Below are positions 1 to 64,000 of a DNA stretch of 64,000 bases, piece by piece. How positions within the stretch are numbered: the stretch's first letter is position 1; each line of letters opens with the position of its first letter. Source of the DNA: Eledone cirrhosa (taxonomy: Eukaryota); assembly GCA_964016885.1 (NCBI GenBank), contig OZ024765.1:9052001-9116000 (forward strand), written 5' to 3'. The notes below the pieces were generated by a model. It was not told the DNA's origin. It ran no database searches and worked only from the letters and a program-made list of their open reading frames with translations. Made by a program: the position numbers and the translations under genes.

Positions 1-162
1 ATTACAATTTAACGTCCATCTTCCACGCTAGCATGGGTTAGACGGTTTTGTTCCATTTGATGCGGGAATGGTCGGGAGACTGTGTCTCACTTGCACGGAA
101 GTGTCTCTGGCACAGAAGTGTCTCTGTCTACAGCTGGATGCCCTTCCTAACACCAACCACAT

Positions 163-2822
163 TTACAGTGTGGACTGGGAGCCTTTTTACTGTGTCTCCT
201 ACACGACCACTTTACAGTGTGGACTGGGAGCCTTTTTACTGTGTCTCCTACACAACCACTTTACAGTGTGGACTGGGAGCCTTTTTACTGTGTCTCCTAC
301 ACAACCACTTTACAGTGTGGACTGGGAGCCTTTTTACTGTGTCTCCTACATGACCACCTTACAGTGTGAACTGGGAGCCTTTTTACTGTGTCTCCTACAT
401 GACCACCTTACAGTGTGGACTGGGAGCCTTTTTACTGTGTCTCCTACATGACCACCTTACAGTGTGAACTGGGAGCCTTTTTACTGTGTCTCCTACATGA
501 CCACCTTACAGTGTGGACTGGGAGCCTTTTTACTGTGTCTCCTACACGACCACTTTACAGTGTGGACTGGGAGCCTTTTTACTGTGTCTCCTACACAACC
601 ACTTTACAGTGTGGACTGGGAGCCTTTTTACTGTGTCTCCTACATGACCACCTTACAGTGTGGACTGGGAGCCTTTTTACTGTGTCTCCTACACGACCAC
701 TTTACAGTGTGGACTGGGAGCCTTTTTACTGTGTCTCCTACATGACCACCTTACAGTGTGAACTGGGAGCCTTTTTACTGTGTCTCCTACATGACTACTT
801 TACAGTGTGGACTGGGAGCCTTTTTACTGTGTCTCCTACACGACCACCTTACAGTGTGGACTGGGAGCCTTTTTACTGTGTCTCCTACATGACTACTTTA
901 CAGTGTGGACTGGGAGCCTTTTTACTGTGTCTCCTACATGACCACCTTACAGTGTGAACTGGGAGCCTTTTTACTGTGTCTCCTACATGACCACTTTACA
1001 GTGTGGACTGGGAGCCTTTTTACTGTGTCTCCTACATGACTACTTTACAGTGTGGACTGGGAGCCTTTTTACTGTGTCTCCTACATGACCACCTTACAGT
1101 GTGAACTGGGAGCCTTTTTACTGTGTCTCCTACACGACCACCTTACAGTGTGGACTGGGAGCCTTTTTACTGTGTCTCCTACATGACTACTTTACAGTGT
1201 GGACTGGGAGCCTTTTTACTGTGTCTCCTACATGACTACTTTACAGTGTGGACTGGGAGCCTTTTTACTGTGTCTCCTACATGACCACCTTACAGTGTGA
1301 ACTGGGAGCCTTTTTACTGTGTCTCCTACATGACCACTTTACAGTGTGGACTGGGAGCCTTTTTACTGTGTCTCCTACACAACCACATTTACAGTGTGGA
1401 CTGGGAGCCTTTTTACTGTGTCTCCTACACAACCACTTTACAGTGTGAACTGGGAGCCTTTTTACTGTGTCTCCTACACAACCACCTTACAGTGTGGACT
1501 GGGAGCCTTTTTACTGTGTCTCCTACATGACCACTTTACAGTGTGGACTGGGAGCCTTTTTACTGTGTCTCCTACACAACCACCTTACAGTGTGGACTGG
1601 GAGCCTTTTTACTGTGTCTCCTACACAACCACTTTACAGTGTGGACTGGGAGCCTTTTTACTGTGTCTCCTACACAACCACCTTACAGTGTGGACTGGGA
1701 GCCTTTTTACTGTGTCTCCTACACAACCACCTTACAGTGTGGACTGGGAGCCTTTTTACTGTGTCTCCTACATGACCACTTTACAGTGTGGACTGGGAGC
1801 CTTTTTACTGTGTCTCCTACACAACCACCTTACAGTGTGGACTGGGAGCCTTTTTACCGTGTCTCCTACATGACCACTTTACAGTGTGGACTGGGAGCCT
1901 TTTTACTGTGTCTCCTACATGACCACCTTACAGTGTGGACTGGGAGCCTTTTTATTGTGTCTCCTACAACACCACTTTACAGTGTGGACTGGGAGCCTTT
2001 TTACTGTGTCTCCTACATGACCACCTTACAGTGTGAACTGGGAGCCTTTTTACTGTGTCTCCTACATGACCACCGTACAGTGTGGACTGGGAGCCTTTTT
2101 ACTGTGTCTCCTACACGACCACCTTACAGTGTGGACTGGGAGCCTTTTTACTGTGTCTCCTACACGACCACTTTACAGTGTGGACTGGGAGCCTTTTTAC
2201 TGTGTCTCCTACATGACCACCTTACAGTGTGAACTGGGAGCCTTTTTACTGTGTCTCCTACATGACCACCTTACAGTGTGGACTGGGAGCCTTTTTACTG
2301 TGTCTCCTACATGACCACCTTACAGTGTGGACTGGGAGCCTTTTTACTGTGTCTCCTACATGACCACCTTACAGTGTAGACTGGGAGCCTTTTTACCATG
2401 TCTCCTACACGAACACTTTACAGTGTGGACTGGGAGCCTTTTTACTGTGTCTCCTACACGACCACTTTACAGTGTGGACTGGGAGCCTTTTTACTGTGTC
2501 TCCTACATGACCACTTTACAGTGTGAACTGGGAGCCTTTTTACTGTGTCTCCTACATGACCACCTTACAGTGTAGACTGGGAGCCTTTTTACCATGTCTC
2601 CTACACGAACACTTTACAGTGTGGACTGGGAGCCTTTTTACTGTGTCTCCTACACGACCACTTTACAGTGTGGACTGGGAGCCTTTTTACTGTGTCTCCT
2701 ATATGACCTCTTTACAGTGTGGACTGGGAGCCTTTTTACTGTGTCTCCTACATGACCACCTTACAGTGTGGACTGGGAGCCTTTTTACTGTGTCTCCTAC
2801 ATGACCACCTTACAGTGTGGAC
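163..2822. repeat. 49-bp minisatellite (~54 units) inside a minus-strand RTE-tailed element
   Basis: unit TTACAGTGTGGACTGGGAGCCTTTTTACTGTGTCTCCTACACGACCACT. Confidence 0.97.
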
Positions 2823-3243
2823 TGTTGTGTCATCGACACAGTGGACGGAACGGGACAGGGAGGATGGGGTAGGATGTGGGGTGTACATTGGGTTAAGAGG
2901 TGCCTACTTACTGTAGGTCTGTATGCGATGGTAGTCGGGTCTTCTGTACAACTGCATGGCGCCAAAGGTCCCGATCCATTGTCTTGTCTTAGAGGTATTT
3001 CTTAGAGAGGTGTAGGTAAGCAGGGTCAGTGTTTATCACCTCGTCCCAGGTTTTTCTTGGTCTACCCACTGCATAGCTTCCATCAGTTTTCGTTGCCCTG
3101 CACTTTTTTTATACAGTTTTCGTCCTTGTGCCCTGTTTTCCTTTCTACACACTAGGACTTTAGTCTTTGCGTGTATATATTGTTGCAATTCTATGTTTCC
3201 ATAGTTAGCTAATCAGTAATGTTGTTGTTGTTGTTTGTTGCAG

Positions 3244-61494
<58,251 letters not shown>

Positions 61495-61607
61495 GTACAG
61501 ACATTGTTTTGGTTATTTTTATTATTAATCGCACAAAGGTTTACTTTGCGTTTTATCTTTACGGGGTTCATAAAATAAAGTACCTGTAATGTACTGGGGT
61601 TGACTTA

Positions 61608-64000
61608 TGACATAGGCAGTGTCTTTCATTAGAAATATGGTAATGAAAGGGTTAATGACATAGACAGTGTCTTTCATTAGAAATATGGTAATGAAAGGGT
61701 TAATGACATAGACAGTGTCTTTCATTAGAAATATGGTAATGAAAGGGTTAAAGACATAGACAGTGTCTTTCATTAGAAATATGGTAATGAAAGGGTGAAA
61801 GACATAGACAGTGTCTTTCATTAGAAATATGGTAATGAAAGGGTTAATGACATAGACAGTGTCTTTCATTAGAAATATGGTAATGAAAGGGTTAATGACA
61901 TAGACAGTGTCTTTCATTAGAAATATGGTAATGAAAGGGTTAATGACATAGACAGTGTCTTTCATTAGAAATATGGTAATGAAAGGGTTAATGACATAGA
62001 CAGTGTCTTTCATTAGAAATATGGTAATGAAAGGGTTAATGACATAGACAGTGTCTTTCATTAGAAATATGGTAATGAAAGGGTTAAAGACATAGACAGT
62101 GTCTTTCATTAGAAATATGGTAATGAAAGGGTGAAAGACATAGACAGTGTCTTTCATTAGAAATATGGTAATGAAAGGGTTAATGACATAGACAGTGTCT
62201 TTCATTAGAAATATGGTAATGAAAGGGTTAATGATATAGACAGTGTCTTTCATTAGAAATATGGTAATGAAAGGGTGAAAGACATAGACAGTGTCTTTCA
62301 TTAGAAATATGGTAATGAAAGGGTTAATGACATAGACAGTGTCTTTCATTAGAAATATGGTAATGAAAGGGTTAATGACATAGACAGTGTCTTTCATTAG
62401 AAATATGGTAATGAAAGGGTTAATGACATAGACAGTGTCTTTCATTAGAAATATGGTAATGAAAGGGTTAATGACATAGACAGTGTCTTTCATTAGAAAT
62501 ATGGTAATGAAAGGGTTAATGACATAGACAGTGTCTTTCATTAGAAATATGGTAATGAAAGGGTTAAAGACATAGACAGTGTCTTTCATTAGAAATATGG
62601 TAATGAAAGGGTGAAAGACATAGACAGTGTCTTTCATTAGAAATATGGTAATGAAAGGGTTAATGACATAGACAGTGTCTTTCATTAGAAATATGGTAAT
62701 GAAAGGGTTAATGACATAGACAGTGTCTTTCATTAGAAATATGGTAATGAAAGGGTTAATGACATAGACAGTGTCTTTCATTAGAAATATGGTAATGAAA
62801 GGGTTAATGACATAGACAGTGTCTTTCATTAGAAATATGGTAATGAAAGGGTGAAAGACATAGACAGTGTCTTTCATTAGAAATATGGTAATGAAAGGGT
62901 TAATGACATAGACAGTGTCTTTCATTAGAAATATGGTAATGAAAGGGTTAATGACATAGACAGTGTCTTTCATTAGAAATATGGTAATGAAAGGGTTAAT
63001 GACATAGACAGTGTCTTTCATTAGAAATATGGTAATGAAAGGGTTAATGACATAGACAGTGTCTTTCATTAGAAATATGGTAATGAAAGGGTTAATGACA
63101 TAGACAGTGTCTTTCATTAGAAATATGGTAATGAAAGGGTTAAAGACATAGACAGTGTCTTTCATTAGAAATATGGTAATGAAAGGGTGAAAGACATAGA
63201 CAGTGTCTTTCATTAGAAATATGGTAATGAAAGGGTGAAAGACATAGACTGTGTCTTTCATTAGAAATATGGTAATGGAAGGGTTAATGACATAGACAGT
63301 GTCTTTCATTAGAAATATGGTAATGAAAGGGTTAATGACATAGACAGTGTCTTTCATTAGAAATATGGTAATGAAAGGGTTAATGACATAGACAGTGTCT
63401 TTCATTAGAAATATGGTAATGAAAGGGTTAATGACATAGACAGTGTCTTTCATTAGAAATATGGTAATGAAAGGGTTAATGACATAGACAGTGTCTTTCA
63501 TTAGAAATATGGTAATGAAAGGGTTAATGACATAGACAGTGTCTTTCATTAGAAATATGGTAATGAAAGGGTTAATGACATAGACAGTGTCTTTCATTAG
63601 AAATATGGTAATGAAAGGGTTAATGACATAGACAGTGTCTTTCATTAGAAATATGGTAATGAAAGGGTTAATGACATAGACAGTGTCTTTCATTAGAAAT
63701 ATGGTAATGAAAGGGTTAATGACATAGACAGTGTCTTTCATTAGAAATATGGTAATGAAAGGGTTAATGACATAGACAGTGTCTTTCATTAGAAATATGG
63801 TAATGAAAGGGTTAAAGACATAGACAGTGTCTTTCATTAGAAATATGGTAATGAAAGGGTGAAAGACATAGACAGTGTCTTTCATTAGAAATATGGTAAT
63901 GAAAGGGTGAAAGACATAGACTGTGTCTTTCATTAGAAATATGGTAATGGAAGGGTTAATGACATAGACAGTGTCTTTCATTAGAAATATGGTAATGAAA
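61608..64000. repeat. 48-bp minisatellite (>=50 units, runs off window)
   Basis: same unit. Confidence 0.98.

Noticed and set aside
163-2822. CRISPR-like regular array
   Set aside because: Contiguous tandem units with no unique spacers and no cas genes; eukaryotic context.

Overview
Eukaryotic, repeat-rich genomic DNA, probably cephalopod/octopus (inferred from the SINE/RTE repertoire and microsatellite load). The window holds the central part of one plus-strand integrin alpha gene, most like the laminin-binding alphaPS1/alpha3-6-7 class. I assembled 21 GT-AG exons (3244-61494) with consistent phases: 2703 nt, 901 codons, from the FG-GAP beta-propeller through thigh/calf and a furin RKRR site to the transmembrane helix. 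The start exons and the GFFKR tail exon lie outside the window. Introns contain RTE LINE pieces, two tRNA-SINE families, a Helitron, Tc1/mariner and piggyBac-like MITEs, and many minisatellites grown from transposon segments. The main hidden signal is a set of about 15 minimal type I hammerhead ribozyme motifs from several unrelated Penelope-like pseudo-LTR families. Many sit in (TA)n tracts and several lie inside long fold-back palindromes. Five intact-core copies lie sense to the pre-mRNA in the single 10-kb intron before the furin-site exon. The very long ORFs in the track are tandem-repeat artefacts.
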